Assembly (NCBI GenBank): GCA_934177485.1
Contig: CAKPPF010000002.1
Coordinates: 75,188-139,187, forward strand
DNA: 64,000 nt
Reading direction: 5' to 3'
From: an uncultured Clostridia bacterium
GTDB taxonomy: Bacteria > Bacillota > Clostridia > TANB77 > CAG-508
Under the pieces are notes generated by a model. The model was not told where the DNA came from, did not search any database, and saw only the letters and a program-made list of their open reading frames with translations. Below, piece by piece: positions 28,512 through 42,054 of this stretch. Made by a program: the position numbers and the translations under genes. Position 1 is the first letter of the stretch, and each line of letters opens with the position of its first letter.

Positions 28512-28531
28512 GGCAGGCACAAGACCTGTCC
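28512..28531. repeat. GC-rich palindromic element, copy b (GGCAGGCACAAGACCTGTCC)
   Basis: Same family as the copy at 4222; it sits in the spacer downstream of the transglutaminase-like gene. Confidence 0.55.
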
Positions 28532-28648
28532 ATGGATTTTTAAATCTATGTTACCATAAAAATCTTTGAATTTTCAAAAACAAAAAAAATACCTTTAAGG
28601 CTATTACCTTAGAGGTATTTTTTATACTCAAGCACATTTTCTTTTTTA

Positions 28649-29101
28649 TTATTCTGCTTTTGGAGCTTCTTCTACTGTTTCAGTAGCTGGAGCTGTCTCT
28701 TGTGCAGGAGTTTCTGCTAAATCTTCTTTAATAGTAATTTCTTTATTTTCAATTCTTGCTCCTAATTTTTCTTTTGTCTTAGAAGCTTTACCAACTCTGT
28801 CTCTTAAGTAATAAAGTTTTGCTCTTCTAGCTTTACCAACTCTAACTACTTCAACTTTTTCTACCATTGGTGAATGTACTAAGAATGTTTTTTCAACACC
28901 AACACCATAAGATATTTTTCTTACAGTAAATGTTTCGTTTACTCCTCCACCTTGTTTTTTAATAATTATTCCTTCGAAAACTTGTATTCTCTCACGGTTT
29001 CCTTCTTTTATTTTTGCATAAACTTTTACTGTGTTTCCAACTGTTAAAACTGGAACCTTATTTTTTAGTTGTTCATGCTCAATTGATTTTATAATGTCCA
29101 T
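28649..29101 (-). CDS. rplS: 50S ribosomal protein L19 with a ~35 aa acidic C-terminal extension
   Basis: The sequence [32 protein letters not shown]...[15 protein letters not shown] is canonical L19. It continues into the tail ...[25 protein letters not shown]. Confidence 0.9.
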   Translation of the reverse strand: MDIIKSIEHEQLKNKVPVLTVGNTVKVYAKIKEGNRERIQVFEGIIIKKQGGGVNETFTVRKISYGVGVEKTFLVHSPMVEKVEVVRVGKARRAKLYYLRDRVGKASKTKEKLGARIENKEITIKEDLAETPAQETAPATETVEEAPKAE

Positions 29102-29135
29102 TTTGTTATTTTTCTCCTTTCTTAAAGATTTATTT

Positions 29136-29801
29136 TTATTTTAACAACTCTGGGCGTTTTTGTTTTGTTATTTCAAAAGATTTATCTCTTCTCCATTTTT
29201 TTATATTTTCATGGTGACCACTAATTAATACTTCTGGTACTTTTTCTTCCATAAATATTTCTGGTCTAGTGTATTGTGGATATTCAAGTAAATTTCCATC
29301 TGAAAAACTTTCTTCTTCAGTTGATTCACTAGATATAACTCCATCTACATATCTAGATACAGCATCTATAAGGACCATTGCTGGTATTTCTCCACCAGTT
29401 AGTACATAATCACCAATAGATATTTCTTCAGTAACAATTGTATCTAAGACTCTTTGATCTATTCCTTCATAATGACCACATAAAAGAATAATATGTTCTT
29501 CTTTACTTAATTCTTTAACTTTTTCTTGATTTAGTTTTTTCCCTTGTGGCGATAAGTATATAACTTTTGCATTTGTATTTTTGATTGATTTATATGCGTC
29601 GTATACAACATCTGGTCTTATTACCATTCCAGCTCCACCACCATAAGGTGTGTCATCTACTTTTTTATGCTTATTTTTGGAAAAATCTCTAATATTTATT
29701 GTATTAATATTTATTAATTCTTTTTCTATTGCTTTTCCAAGTATACTACTTTTTAAAACATCAAACATTTCAGGAAAAAGTGTTAGTATATCAAATCTCA
29801 T
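29136..29801 (-). CDS. trmD: tRNA (guanine37-N1)-methyltransferase
   Basis: [13 protein letters not shown]...[12 protein letters not shown]...[13 protein letters not shown]...[11 protein letters not shown]. Confidence 0.9.
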   Translation of the reverse strand: MRFDILTLFPEMFDVLKSSILGKAIEKELININTINIRDFSKNKHKKVDDTPYGGGAGMVIRPDVVYDAYKSIKNTNAKVIYLSPQGKKLNQEKVKELSKEEHIILLCGHYEGIDQRVLDTIVTEEISIGDYVLTGGEIPAMVLIDAVSRYVDGVISSESTEEESFSDGNLLEYPQYTRPEIFMEEKVPEVLISGHHENIKKWRRDKSFEITKQKRPELLK

Positions 29802-29802
29802 A

Positions 29803-30303
29803 TTATCTTAAACCTTCTAATAATTTAACAGTTACTCTATTTTCATTAATATCAATATTTTTTATTACATCTGGTATTACTGGCAATAGAATCTGTTTTT
29901 TATCTTCATTTTCTACTACATATACATCATTTGCTCCAGGTTTTAATACATCTACTAGTTTACCTAAATTTTCTCCTTCTTCTGTAAAAACATCAAGTCC
30001 AATTAAATCAACAATAAAGTGGGCTCCTTCTTCTAAAACTATATCTTTTCTTTCAACTTTTATATAATAGTTTCTAAGTTTTTCTGCCTCTTCTATTGTG
30101 TTTATTTCTTTAAACTTAAGCAAAACTAAATTTTTAGAAAACTTTACTTCTTCTATATATAATTCCTGGTGTTTTTCTTGTATATATACTTTTTTAAAAC
30201 TTTTAAACTGATTATTATCATCTACTAGTGGTACAACTTTTACAAAGCCTTTAATTCCATAAGAATTAACAATTTGTCCAACCTCTAATAAATTTTCCAT
30301 CAT
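29803..30303 (-). CDS. rimM: 16S rRNA processing protein RimM
   Basis: 166 aa with the [15 protein letters not shown]-type N-terminus and a PRC barrel C-terminus. It sits in the conserved position between the KH-domain gene and trmD. Confidence 0.85.
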   Translation of the reverse strand: MMENLLEVGQIVNSYGIKGFVKVVPLVDDNNQFKSFKKVYIQEKHQELYIEEVKFSKNLVLLKFKEINTIEEAEKLRNYYIKVERKDIVLEEGAHFIVDLIGLDVFTEEGENLGKLVDVLKPGANDVYVVENEDKKQILLPVIPDVIKNIDINENRVTVKLLEGLR

Positions 30304-30315
30304 CTTATAAATCTC

Positions 30316-30546
30316 CTAGTCTATAAATTCAACTGTTATTCTTTTGTTTTCTTTTGATGCAACTGCTTTCATTATTGTTCTTATAGATTTTGCAATTACA
30401 CCTTGTTTACCTATTATTTTTCCCATATCGTTTTCTGCAACTTTAACTTCAAATATAATAGATTGTTCTCCATCAATTTGGTTAATGCTTACAGCGTTTT
30501 TATCACTTACTAATGTTGTAATAATTGTTTCTAGTACTTCTTTCAT
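30316..30546 (-). CDS. KH-domain RNA-binding protein (YlqC family)
   Basis: 76 aa with the motif GKIIGKQGVIAKSIRTIM, in the conserved position after rpsP. Confidence 0.8.
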   Translation of the reverse strand: MKEVLETIITTLVSDKNAVSINQIDGEQSIIFEVKVAENDMGKIIGKQGVIAKSIRTIMKAVASKENKRITVEFID

Positions 30547-30569
30547 TTTCTGTCCTCCAAAATTGCAAT

Positions 30570-30800
30570 TTAAGCTTTTTCAATTAATTTTTTAACTGTA
30601 TCTGTTGGTTTTGCACCATTTTTTATCCATGTTTCAACTTTTTCTTTATCAAGAACTATTGTTCCTGGGTTTGTCATTGGATCGTATGTTCCTAATTGTT
30701 CAATGATTTTTCCATCTCTTGGAGATTTTGAATCAGCAACTACTATATGATAGAAAGGTGCCTTTTTCTTTCCAAATCTTTGTAATCTTATTTTTACCAT
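30570..30800 (-). CDS. rpsP: 30S ribosomal protein S16
   Basis: [41 protein letters not shown]. Confidence 0.9.
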   Translation of the reverse strand: MVKIRLQRFGKKKAPFYHIVVADSKSPRDGKIIEQLGTYDPMTNPGTIVLDKEKVETWIKNGAKPTDTVKKLIEKA

Positions 30801-30913
30801 GTTACTTTCACCTCCTTAAAATTTGGAATTTAGATGTTAGATTTTTCTTTTTAGTTTGAATTTCTAATATCGTATTTCCTATATATTATATAAATATTAA
30901 TAACTTTTTTATT

Positions 30914-30935
30914 GTGCAAGCACAGGACATTACCC
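30914..30935. repeat. GC-rich palindromic element, degenerate copy d (GTGCAAGCACAGGACATTACCC)
   Basis: It aligns with GGGCAGGCACAAGACCTGCCC with about 6 substitutions. It shares the T-rich 5' flank and orientation of the other copies and lies in the ffh-rpsP spacer. Confidence 0.4.
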
Positions 30936-30960
30936 ATATATCTTCTCTGGATTTATTTTG

Positions 30961-32319
30961 TTATAACATGCCTTTTAAATCTTTTATGTCCATATTTTTC
31001 ATATTCTTCATCATTTTGTTCATGCCACCTTTTTGGTTTTTCATTCTTTTTACCATTGTTTGTGTCATTTCAAATGACTTTATAAATTTATTTACATCTT
31101 GCACTTTTGTTCCAGAACCTTTTGCTATTCTTAGTCTTCTGCTTCCATTTAATATTTTTGTATTTCTTTTTTCTTTTGATGTCATAGAACAAATTATAGC
31201 TTCTATTTTTTCAAATTCTTTATCATCTACCTTAACGTCCTTTAATTGGTTCATTCCAGGAATCATTTTTAGTAATCCAGAAAATGAGCCCATTTTTTTT
31301 ATTTGTCTTAATTGTGATAAATAATCATCTAAATCAAATTCTTGTTTTCTTAGTTTTTGTTCTAACTTTGCTGCTTGTTCTTCATCAAATGCTTCTTCTG
31401 CCTTTTCTATTATTGAAAGTACATCTCCCATTCCAAGAATTCTTGATGCCATTCTTTCTGGATAGAATGTTTCTATATCACTAAGTTTTTCACCTGTTGC
31501 AGCAAATTTTATTGGTTTGCCTGTAACTTTTTTTACAGATAATGCAGCACCACCACGTGTATCACCATCTAATTTAGTAAGTATAACTCCGTCTATTCCA
31601 ACATTTTCACTAAATGATGTTGCAACGTTTACTGCATCTTGACCTGTCATACTATCCACTACTAATAGGATTTCATGTGGCTTTACATTTGATTTTAAAT
31701 TTCTAAGCTCTTGCATTAATTCTTCATCTATATGAAGTCTACCAGCTGTATCTAATATAACAACATCATTCATTTTTGATATTGCAACATTTAACGCCTG
31801 TTTAGCAATATGCACTACATCTTTTGAGCTTTCATTGCTAAAGACTGGTATGTTTAATTGGTTTCCAACCACTTGTAATTGTTTTATAGCAGCCGGTCTA
31901 TATATATCGCATGCAACCAATAATGGTTTTTTTCCTTGTTTTCTTAAAAGATTAGCAAGTTTTCCAGCTGTAGTAGTTTTACCAGAACCTTGAAGTCCAA
32001 CTAACATTATTATTGTAGGTGGATTTGGTGTAAAATTTATTTTACTTTCTGTTCCACCAAGTAGATCCACAAGCTCGTCTTTAACGATTTTAATGACTTG
32101 TTGTCCAGGAGTTAAAGATTTTAATACATCCTGTCCTAATGCTTTTTCTTGTATAGTATTTATAAACTCTTTTACAATTTTGTAGTTAACATCAGCTTCA
32201 AGCAATGCAAGTTTAACTTCTCTTAAAATTTCTTTTAAATCTCCTTCAGTTATTCTTGCTTTTCCTTTTAGTTTTCTTGTTATTTCTTGTAATCTTGAAG
32301 ATAATCCCTCAAAAGCCAT
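30961..32319 (-). CDS. ffh: Signal recognition particle protein Ffh
   Basis: 452 aa with GLQGSGKTTT, DTAGR, the LTKLDGDTRGGAA motif and a Met-rich C-terminal M domain. Confidence 0.95.
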   Translation of the reverse strand: MAFEGLSSRLQEITRKLKGKARITEGDLKEILREVKLALLEADVNYKIVKEFINTIQEKALGQDVLKSLTPGQQVIKIVKDELVDLLGGTESKINFTPNPPTIIMLVGLQGSGKTTTAGKLANLLRKQGKKPLLVACDIYRPAAIKQLQVVGNQLNIPVFSNESSKDVVHIAKQALNVAISKMNDVVILDTAGRLHIDEELMQELRNLKSNVKPHEILLVVDSMTGQDAVNVATSFSENVGIDGVILTKLDGDTRGGAALSVKKVTGKPIKFAATGEKLSDIETFYPERMASRILGMGDVLSIIEKAEEAFDEEQAAKLEQKLRKQEFDLDDYLSQLRQIKKMGSFSGLLKMIPGMNQLKDVKVDDKEFEKIEAIICSMTSKEKRNTKILNGSRRLRIAKGSGTKVQDVNKFIKSFEMTQTMVKRMKNQKGGMNKMMKNMKNMDIKDLKGML

Positions 32320-32360
32320 ATTTTAATCATTCCTTTCTTTAGTTAAAGGATAACTGTAAT

Positions 32361-32708
32361 TTAAACTATTTCGTCTAGTTCTTTTCTTATGTTTTCAAGT
32401 ATTTTAGCTATTTTTTCGTCTGAATATTGAGTTTTTATTGTCGTAATTTGTGATAAGATTTTTGCTATTTTTTGTTCTGTTTTTATTGTTGTTTTCATAA
32501 ATCCTAGCTTTTCCTCGTATTCGAAAAGTTTATTTTCCCCCTTTTTAATATTATCTCTAGCTGCTTGCCTTGTAATATTATAATTCTCTGCTATTTCAGA
32601 TAAAGATAAATCATTGTTATAATAGTCGTTTATGTAATTAAATTGTTTTTCAGTTAAAAGCTTTCCATATATTTGGCATAACATACTTATTTCAATTTTC
32701 TTTTCCAT
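32361..32708 (-). CDS. ylxM: UPF0122 / YlxM putative DNA-binding protein
   Basis: 115 aa with the sigma-70 region-4-like HTH LSLSEIAENYNITRQAARDNIKKG, immediately upstream of ffh. Confidence 0.8.
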   Translation of the reverse strand: MEKKIEISMLCQIYGKLLTEKQFNYINDYYNNDLSLSEIAENYNITRQAARDNIKKGENKLFEYEEKLGFMKTTIKTEQKIAKILSQITTIKTQYSDEKIAKILENIRKELDEIV

Positions 32709-32810
32709 AAATACTACCTCTTTTAAAATGTAATGCTATAATACTTTACACTATTTTTACAATTTTGTCAATATAAAAATGCAAAAAAAGTAGGTTTTCG
32801 CCTACTTTTT

Positions 32811-34487
32811 TTAGTTCAATTCATTATTTATTACGGTCCATATACTATCTGGTTCTCTATCTTTTGCCCATGCCGCTATCCCAGCTAAATTATATTGTTT
32901 TACTAATGATACCTTATTTTTAATGGATTCTTCATCTTCAATCCACATTTTGTACGTTTTTCCATTTTGCGTATATTCAACATAGTATTGTTTTAATTCT
33001 TCATTCCATTCTTTGTTTACATCTGCTGGCAATACAGAATTAATACTTTTCATATTTACTGTTTTGCTTGTAACATCTCCATTACTTTCTGTCCAGATTC
33101 TGGTATATAATGGTATTCCAAGTATTATTTTATTAGATGGTATTTGTTCTCTATCTATAAATTTTTTAAGATTTGTTTCTACCCAATTATATCCAGCAGT
33201 GGTTCCTGCTTTCTTTGAGCTATTTCCATATTGATCATATGCCATAAATACAATATAATCTGCTACATCTCCAATAACGCTTCTATTATAGCATTCAGAC
33301 CAACTACCTCCTCCATCTGGTGCAGTAACATCAACAGATAATTTAATTCCTGCTTCTTTTAATTTCGGTTTTAATTCTATTATAAACCTTGAGAAATCAT
33401 TTTTATCTTCTGTATTCATGTTTTCAAAGTCTATATTAATTCCATCTAACCTATATTGTACTGCTAGATTGACAATATTATTTATTACTTGTGTTCTAAG
33501 AGTATAAGATTTTAATATCGTTTGAGTTGTTTCTTTATATGAGTTATTAGAAAACATTGGCCATACTTTATAATTATTGTCTTTTGCCCATTTTAGGTAT
33601 GCTTGTCCTTTTTCTCCTATGTTTACATTTATTTTTCCATTTGCCTTACTTACTAATGAGAAAAATGCTGGCGAAACAACATTAACTCCTTCGATTGTTG
33701 TTCCTGTCCTGTTCGGTGCTTTTCCATACTCTGAATAATAATCCCATACCAAATTAATTTTTTGTTCATTTTTTTCTTCTTTTATATCTTCTCTAACATA
33801 TATCTCATTTTGAATATTATTTGTTTTAATATATCCAATATATCCATTTAAAGTTCTAACTTTTGTCCAATTATTTTCTAAATTTTGAATGCATATTACC
33901 TTATCTCCTTTTTTTAGTTTATCCATTTTTTTAGAAAATGCAGTTGATTTGTATCTTACTGTACAGTTCTTAGTTATATCTGCTTTTATTAATTTCCTAT
34001 CTAGAGAATCTAAAGTCAAAATATTGTTATTTTTTATATATTGAATATCAACATTATATACTTTAGCCATAGAACTTATTGGTAAAAAATATGTGTCATC
34101 TTTTTTTATTGCTCCAGACATAACTTCAACTTCTGAATCATTTATTTTGATAATATTTTGTCCTATTGGTAAAACTCCAACTTTTTCACCATATGTTGTT
34201 ATTATTTGGTTGTTTTCTTCATCATATATTATGTATTTATCAAAATAATTTTTTATATCTTCTTTAGACATATATATAACGTCTTTTTCATTTAAAAATA
34301 AATCTTTTTTTAATTTCTTAGTTACATTATTATTATTTATTATTAAATTTATTTTATTTTTATCATAGCTGTCATTTTTAGTATAATTAGGTGCTAATTT
34401 ATATGCACAAAAAATTAGTACTAATAATATTACGATTGCTCCTATTTTTAAAAATATATTTAATTTGCTTTTTTTATTTTTTTCCAC
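32811..34487 (-). CDS. GH18-family glycoside hydrolase with stalk (copper-amine-oxidase N-terminal-like) and SH3b domains; SleL/YaaH-like
   Basis: 558 aa with a TM anchor, the GH18 catalytic motif LDGINIDFENM, and an SH3-like segment (KKGDKVICIQNLENNWTKVRTLNGYIGYIK). Confidence 0.65.
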   Translation of the reverse strand: MEKNKKSKLNIFLKIGAIVILLVLIFCAYKLAPNYTKNDSYDKNKINLIINNNNVTKKLKKDLFLNEKDVIYMSKEDIKNYFDKYIIYDEENNQIITTYGEKVGVLPIGQNIIKINDSEVEVMSGAIKKDDTYFLPISSMAKVYNVDIQYIKNNNILTLDSLDRKLIKADITKNCTVRYKSTAFSKKMDKLKKGDKVICIQNLENNWTKVRTLNGYIGYIKTNNIQNEIYVREDIKEEKNEQKINLVWDYYSEYGKAPNRTGTTIEGVNVVSPAFFSLVSKANGKINVNIGEKGQAYLKWAKDNNYKVWPMFSNNSYKETTQTILKSYTLRTQVINNIVNLAVQYRLDGINIDFENMNTEDKNDFSRFIIELKPKLKEAGIKLSVDVTAPDGGGSWSECYNRSVIGDVADYIVFMAYDQYGNSSKKAGTTAGYNWVETNLKKFIDREQIPSNKIILGIPLYTRIWTESNGDVTSKTVNMKSINSVLPADVNKEWNEELKQYYVEYTQNGKTYKMWIEDEESIKNKVSLVKQYNLAGIAAWAKDREPDSIWTVINNELN

Positions 34488-34641
34488 CTTTAATTCTCCT
34501 TTGGTTTTATTTGAATTTAATATATCATATTTTATAAAATAGATAAATAGAATTTTTATATTTTTTAAACAAATTCATTTATTTTTAGACAATTATATGT
34601 TATAATTATTGTGTTAGGCAAATTTTAGGAGGTAAACTATT

Positions 34642-35061
34642 ATGTGGCGTTTATGGATTATTTTTGCAGGTATATGTTTTGTTGCAGAAATTGCTACTGT
34701 AGGTTTCTTAATATTTTGGTTTGGGATTGGTGCTTTAATTGCCATGGTTGTTAGTTTTTTTACAGACAATATAGCTATTCAAACAGTATCATTCATTATT
34801 TCATCTACAATTCTTTTATTCTTCACTAGAAAATTTGCAAATAGAATTTCAAAAAAAGATGAAGATGTTCAAACAAATGCCTTTTCTATAATTGGAAAAA
34901 AAGGTATTGTAACAAAAGAAATTGATCCATTTTCTAATAGTGGACAAATTAAAGTAGGTTCAGAAATATGGTCTGCCAAAAGTGTAAATGATGAAAAAAT
35001 CGCTGAAGGCACAGAAGTAGAAGTATTAGAGATTAGCGGCGTAAGAGCTATAGTAAAATAA
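34642..35061 (+). CDS. NfeD-family membrane protein
   Basis: 139 aa with N-terminal TM helices and a C-terminal OB-fold (GKKGIVTKEIDPFSNSGQIKVGSEIWSAKS...). It is paired with the SPFH gene. Confidence 0.75.
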   Translation: MWRLWIIFAGICFVAEIATVGFLIFWFGIGALIAMVVSFFTDNIAIQTVSFIISSTILLFFTRKFANRISKKDEDVQTNAFSIIGKKGIVTKEIDPFSNSGQIKVGSEIWSAKSVNDEKIAEGTEVEVLEISGVRAIVK

Positions 35062-35113
35062 GTTTTTAATATTGGGGTTTCCCATTAAATATAAAAAAAT
35101 TAGGAGGATAAAA

Positions 35114-36010
35114 ATGGCATTTTTAATAATATTATTAGTTATTATTTTAATTATTGCATTTAAATCAATCAAAATAGTAAAACAATCTGAGGTTTATATT
35201 ATAGAAAGGTTAGGTAAATTTTATAAAGTTGCTGATGCAGGTCTTACAATAATTCTTCCATTTGTGGATACTGTCCGTTCAGTTGTTAGTTTAAAGCAAC
35301 AAACAATGGATGTTCCACCTCAAGGAGTTATTACAAAGGATAACGTTTCTATAACAATAGATACTGTTGTATTTTATAAAATTACAGATCCAGCAAAAGC
35401 TGTTTATGAAATTCAAAATTTAAAAAATAGTATTGGTTACTTATCTAAAACTACAATTCGTGATATAGTTGGTAAAATGTCTTTAGATGACACATTCACT
35501 TCTAGAGATGCAATAAATGATCAATTAAGATATATCCTAGATGAAGCAACCGATCAATGGGGATGCAAAGTTGATAGAGTTGAAATTATAGATATTACTC
35601 CACCAGCAGACATTAGAGATGCAATGGAAAAACAAATGAATGCAGAAAGAAATAAAAGAGCTTTAATTCTTCAAGCTGAAGGTGAAAGACAATCTGCTAT
35701 TACAATTGCTGAAGGGCAAAAAGCTGCTGCAATATTACAGGCTGAAGCTGATAGAGAGTCAAGAATAACTCGTGCATCTGGTGAAGCTGATGCAATTAAA
35801 AAAGTGGCTGACGCAAAAGCCAAAGAAATTGAATTAGTTTATGGAGCATTAAAAGCTGCAAAACCAGATGATAAAATAGTTCAATTAAAATCTTTAGAAG
35901 CATTAAAAGAAATTGCAAATGGCGAAGCAAACAAAGTATTTATACCTTTTGAGGCAACATCTACATTAAGTAGCTTAGGTGCAATAAAAGAAGTTATAAA
36001 AGATAAATAA
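35114..36010 (+). CDS. SPFH/band-7 (stomatin/QmcA-like) protein
   Basis: I chose the start at ATG 35114, which has an AGGAGG RBS. The sequence is IIERLGKFYKVADAGLTIILPFVD...VITKDNVSITIDTVVFYKITDP. Confidence 0.85.
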   Translation: MAFLIILLVIILIIAFKSIKIVKQSEVYIIERLGKFYKVADAGLTIILPFVDTVRSVVSLKQQTMDVPPQGVITKDNVSITIDTVVFYKITDPAKAVYEIQNLKNSIGYLSKTTIRDIVGKMSLDDTFTSRDAINDQLRYILDEATDQWGCKVDRVEIIDITPPADIRDAMEKQMNAERNKRALILQAEGERQSAITIAEGQKAAAILQAEADRESRITRASGEADAIKKVADAKAKEIELVYGALKAAKPDDKIVQLKSLEALKEIANGEANKVFIPFEATSTLSSLGAIKEVIKDK

Positions 36011-36062
36011 ACATATAAATTAACTTTATTTAAAATGACTATTCATATTTTATAATGAATAG

Positions 36063-36455
36063 TCATTTTAAATTTATTCCAATTATTCCGCCAATTATTC
36101 CAGAAAGGACTCCAGATATAATCATTATTATTGAATAAATATTTAAACTGAAATTAGAACTAATTATACTTGAAATAAAATATAATAATAAAATATATAT
36201 TCCTCCAACAATACCACCATTAATCATTCCATTTTTAGAAACTTTTTTCATTGTAATTATATTCGCAATTAAAATACTTATAAAAGTTACTATTATTAAT
36301 GATATTGGAATTATGCTTTCTGGTATATTGGTGCATGTTAGTATCACTGATAAAATTAATATTCCAATTAATGTTATTATTAAAGAAATTAGTATTCCTT
36401 TTGGAACCATAGAATACTGTTTCGTCACATTTTCTGTTTTTATATCTGTGTTCAT
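36063..36455 (-). CDS. Small polytopic membrane protein (TIGR04086/YrzE-like)
   Basis: 130 aa with four hydrophobic segments and Gly-rich helices (GGIVGGIYILLL, GVLSGIIGGIIG). Confidence 0.45.
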   Translation of the reverse strand: MNTDIKTENVTKQYSMVPKGILISLIITLIGILILSVILTCTNIPESIIPISLIIVTFISILIANIITMKKVSKNGMINGGIVGGIYILLLYFISSIISSNFSLNIYSIIMIISGVLSGIIGGIIGINLK

Positions 36456-36606
36456 ATTATATTACCTCCCATTTCCATTATATTAATGAAATAAATTTAT
36501 TAGAACAAGACGTAATTAAAATTAGAATTTGTAAACAATAAAAAAAAGAAATTTTCTACTAAATAAAAATAAATGTATACAATATATTGTATACATTTAT
36601 TTTTAT

Positions 36607-38019
36607 TTACATATCAATTGTTATAACTGAATTATTTTGTATATTATTAAGAGTATTGTTATTACTTACCTCATTTTTTTCATCAACTTCTTCTTTTATT
36701 ATACCAGCTTTTACAAGCTCGTCTATAATATTTAGTTCTTTTTCATTATAAGCCATTAAATAGTTTCCCTGTCCATCTTCATATATGCTATCAACTGAAA
36801 TAGTAACTAATTCTTTTCCATTGGTATCTAACAGTCCATATTTTTTCTCTTTTCGTACTACTATACCTTTACATTTTTCAATTGTAAGTACTGGATAAAC
36901 CTTTTTAGAGTTATTACCTATTTTTACCGTATTAACATTACATCCAAATTCATCATATTCAAGTTTTAATACTAATTTACCTTCTTTATCATATGCACCC
37001 CATTTATTATCTTTTTTTACAGGTACCAAAGAATCCAGAATCAAATATTGTTTTCCTTCATTTCCTGAACTTTCTTTTGCTGTTATTCCAATTTCATCAA
37101 ATTCAGCATTTGCTATTATCTTATTATTATCTCTTATCATTCCATATTTATTATCTATTTGTACTACATATACATCTTCTTCTTTATCTATGCACTCTAT
37201 TGAATCGTATATAGATTCAATTTTTGTTGTTCCATCTGAATTTATAATTCCAACTTTTCCTAAGCTATTTGTTATAAAAAATTCTTGTGTATTTTCATCA
37301 AACTGAATTTCATTATATTTGTCTGATAAAATTTCTTTTGTATTATCAAGATTTACAACTTTAAACAATCCGTTTTCTTTTTTAACAATAAGAAATCCAT
37401 ATAGTATTGCTTTTTGATTTTCAAAATTGTAATCTGTAATTTTTTCATATCCCCAATTTACAGCTTTCTGGTTGTAATTATTTACAATATAGTTCAATGT
37501 GTATATAGATATACTTTTTTCATTTGCTTGTATAACTGTGTTAAAAGCTACGCTTAGCATTTCTGTAGGTGCATATACTATTCCATCTATTTGTTTAGTT
37601 GCATTTTTAAATGAGTATTCTTTATATTCAGATGTTAATTGGCTTACAGGAAGTTTATATAATTTATTTTCATCTATATAAAATGATGCAGTTTCGTCCT
37701 TGCCTTGAACATAACATTTATTTTTATCTAGAGAGAAACTCTTGTATTCTCCATCATGATATTCATATCCAACAAGTTTAGCAAACTCTTTTATATTAAT
37801 GTATATAACATCATCAATTTTTTTAAACAATTCAGTTGTACTACTAGTACTTACTTCCTTTGTATCTACAAGTACAGAAAATCTATTTTTTTTCAAGCTC
37901 TGCAAAAGCGCAAAAATTATACATATAATTATTAGCACACATATTATTAAAGCAATTAGTATTTTATATATTGATTTAGTTTGCTTTTGATTTGTACTAT
38001 TCTCATAATTAATTTCCAT
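36607..38019 (-). CDS. Membrane-anchored WG-repeat (KWG) protein
   Basis: 470 aa with a TM anchor and repeated motifs KYGMIRDNNKII, NKWGAYDKEGKLV and KYGLLDTNGKELV. Confidence 0.55.
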   Translation of the reverse strand: MEINYENSTNQKQTKSIYKILIALIICVLIIICIIFALLQSLKKNRFSVLVDTKEVSTSSTTELFKKIDDVIYINIKEFAKLVGYEYHDGEYKSFSLDKNKCYVQGKDETASFYIDENKLYKLPVSQLTSEYKEYSFKNATKQIDGIVYAPTEMLSVAFNTVIQANEKSISIYTLNYIVNNYNQKAVNWGYEKITDYNFENQKAILYGFLIVKKENGLFKVVNLDNTKEILSDKYNEIQFDENTQEFFITNSLGKVGIINSDGTTKIESIYDSIECIDKEEDVYVVQIDNKYGMIRDNNKIIANAEFDEIGITAKESSGNEGKQYLILDSLVPVKKDNKWGAYDKEGKLVLKLEYDEFGCNVNTVKIGNNSKKVYPVLTIEKCKGIVVRKEKKYGLLDTNGKELVTISVDSIYEDGQGNYLMAYNEKELNIIDELVKAGIIKEEVDEKNEVSNNNTLNNIQNNSVITIDM

Positions 38020-38024
38020 TATTT

Positions 38025-40189
<2,165 letters not shown>

Positions 40190-40200
40190 TTTTATCCCTC

Positions 40201-41481
40201 TTATATTATTCTACTAATTTTCTCACAAATCTTTTGTATTATATTTTGTTCGTCATATAAATAATCTGTTATTATTTTAATTTTTTTAAAGTTTTTTTCT
40301 GAAACAGGTTGTGTATAATAGATTTCCTCTTTCAATCCATTTTTTGTATTTTTTATATTATTTGTAAGATAGTCTAAATACCATTTTTTCTGACCATATC
40401 TTTTTTCATCTTCATACCCATATTTTTTATAATCATGAAGAGCAATTGTATCATTTCCCAATTCTTTTGAGTTTCTCTCTAAAGTATGTAAAAATTCATG
40501 TAGTATTATTTCTTCAGAAAAGAAATTTGAATTTGAGTCCTCATATGCATTTATTGTTTCATCAGATATTCGTATATTTGAATATCCCATACTGTCAAAA
40601 ACCATTCCTCCTAAGCCAAGCCAATCAATTTGTTTATTGTTTATAACATCTCCTAAATTTGCTACGATAAATACATGATCATAATTCTTATTTTTATTAT
40701 ATAAGTCATTTTCTATTAGCTTATATACATCCTCTTGTGCTATAAAATATCCTGTTTGGTCATCATCATAAGAAATATTTAATAATGGCTCATCAATTTT
40801 AATAATATCATATTCAGCAATTATGTTTCCGTTAGTAAAATTATATATTGTTTGTTTAAATTCTGAAAATGATGTCTCAATTGTATTAATCTGTCTATTT
40901 GTTAATCTTTTATTAACTTTTTTTCCATTTACTTTTGCATTTATGTTGTCTATCATAAATACTGCAAAATCCCACTCATTTGTAACTTTTTTTCTTCCAA
41001 CCTCAATGTTAAGATTTGCAATCCATGCAGTTCCTTTACAGTTTTGTCCATTTTCTCCTAGTCTAAAAGCTATATCAATGTTTTCATTATTCTTAGAATC
41101 AAAATAAAAGTTTAATTCAGTCCAATCATTAGTTCCAACTAAGCTTCTAGATTTTTCCAAATTATCTTTTAAGCCAATATTAAATCCGCAAGAATCTTTA
41201 TTTTCTGGTACAATATCTTTTGTTTTCACCATGCAACTAACTTTATATGCTGTATTTGGGTTGACTTTTATCGTTTTATATATCATATAGTCGTTATAAT
41301 CTTTCGACTCAATTTTATAGCTCCATTCTCCATTGTATTTTTCATTTTTGTCTCTACATACTTTGGTTATACCATCTTTTAGTTGTGCAAGTTTTAGACC
41401 ATTAAAATTTCTAGTTTGTATTACATAAAAACATACAAACGCAAGTATTATAATTAATAAAAAATTCACTATTTTTTTCAT
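40201..41481 (-). CDS. Secreted hypothetical protein with a CBM-like N-terminal domain and an HExxH motif (putative zinc metalloprotease)
   Basis: 426 aa with a signal/TM segment and HEFLH at [16 protein letters not shown] did not recognise a closer family. Confidence 0.35.
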   Translation of the reverse strand: MKKIVNFLLIIILAFVCFYVIQTRNFNGLKLAQLKDGITKVCRDKNEKYNGEWSYKIESKDYNDYMIYKTIKVNPNTAYKVSCMVKTKDIVPENKDSCGFNIGLKDNLEKSRSLVGTNDWTELNFYFDSKNNENIDIAFRLGENGQNCKGTAWIANLNIEVGRKKVTNEWDFAVFMIDNINAKVNGKKVNKRLTNRQINTIETSFSEFKQTIYNFTNGNIIAEYDIIKIDEPLLNISYDDDQTGYFIAQEDVYKLIENDLYNKNKNYDHVFIVANLGDVINNKQIDWLGLGGMVFDSMGYSNIRISDETINAYEDSNSNFFSEEIILHEFLHTLERNSKELGNDTIALHDYKKYGYEDEKRYGQKKWYLDYLTNNIKNTKNGLKEEIYYTQPVSEKNFKKIKIITDYLYDEQNIIQKICEKISRII

Positions 41482-41598
41482 TTGTTATTCCCCATTATTA
41501 AACTAAATCATATACATTATACTAGATTTTAACATTATAAATCAAGTATTTTTACATATTTATAGTTACTAGATAATAATTTAATATTTTAATTGAAA

Positions 41599-41943
41599 TT
41601 AATTATTTATATTTTCTAATAATTCCTTTAAATCTTTTAATTGAAATAAACATATTTGTTCATATTCTTTAGTAAGCTTTTCAACTATTTGCTTTGTATT
41701 ATCTTTGGAATTTAAATCAACTACAATTATGTTATTTATATCTTCTTTTCCATAAATTATCCTAAATAAAAAATTTCTTAAAAAATATTCTATTGTTTCT
41801 TCTTGATCTTTTACTGCAATTATTACATATGTACCTTTAGAATTCATTTTTGTACACGTAAATAAATATATACAGTTCTTAATAATTTCGAATACTCCGT
41901 AAAATGCTAATACCCAAATAATTATAGATAAAATTATTTCCAT
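41599..41943 (-). CDS. Small membrane-anchored hypothetical protein
   Basis: 114 aa with one N-terminal TM helix. A short stretch resembles the N-terminus of a GT2 fold (YVIIAVKDQEETIEYFL). Coding is supported only by ORF length and codon style. Confidence 0.3.
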   Translation of the reverse strand: MEIILSIIIWVLAFYGVFEIIKNCIYLFTCTKMNSKGTYVIIAVKDQEETIEYFLRNFLFRIIYGKEDINNIIVVDLNSKDNTKQIVEKLTKEYEQICLFQLKDLKELLENINN

Positions 41944-42054
41944 ATAATCACCTAAAATATTTTATTCTTTTTATGTTTTTTGGTGATTTATACTTTACTT
42001 ATTATATTATAATATATTATAATATTTAAGAGTTTTATAAGAAGGAGAAATAAA

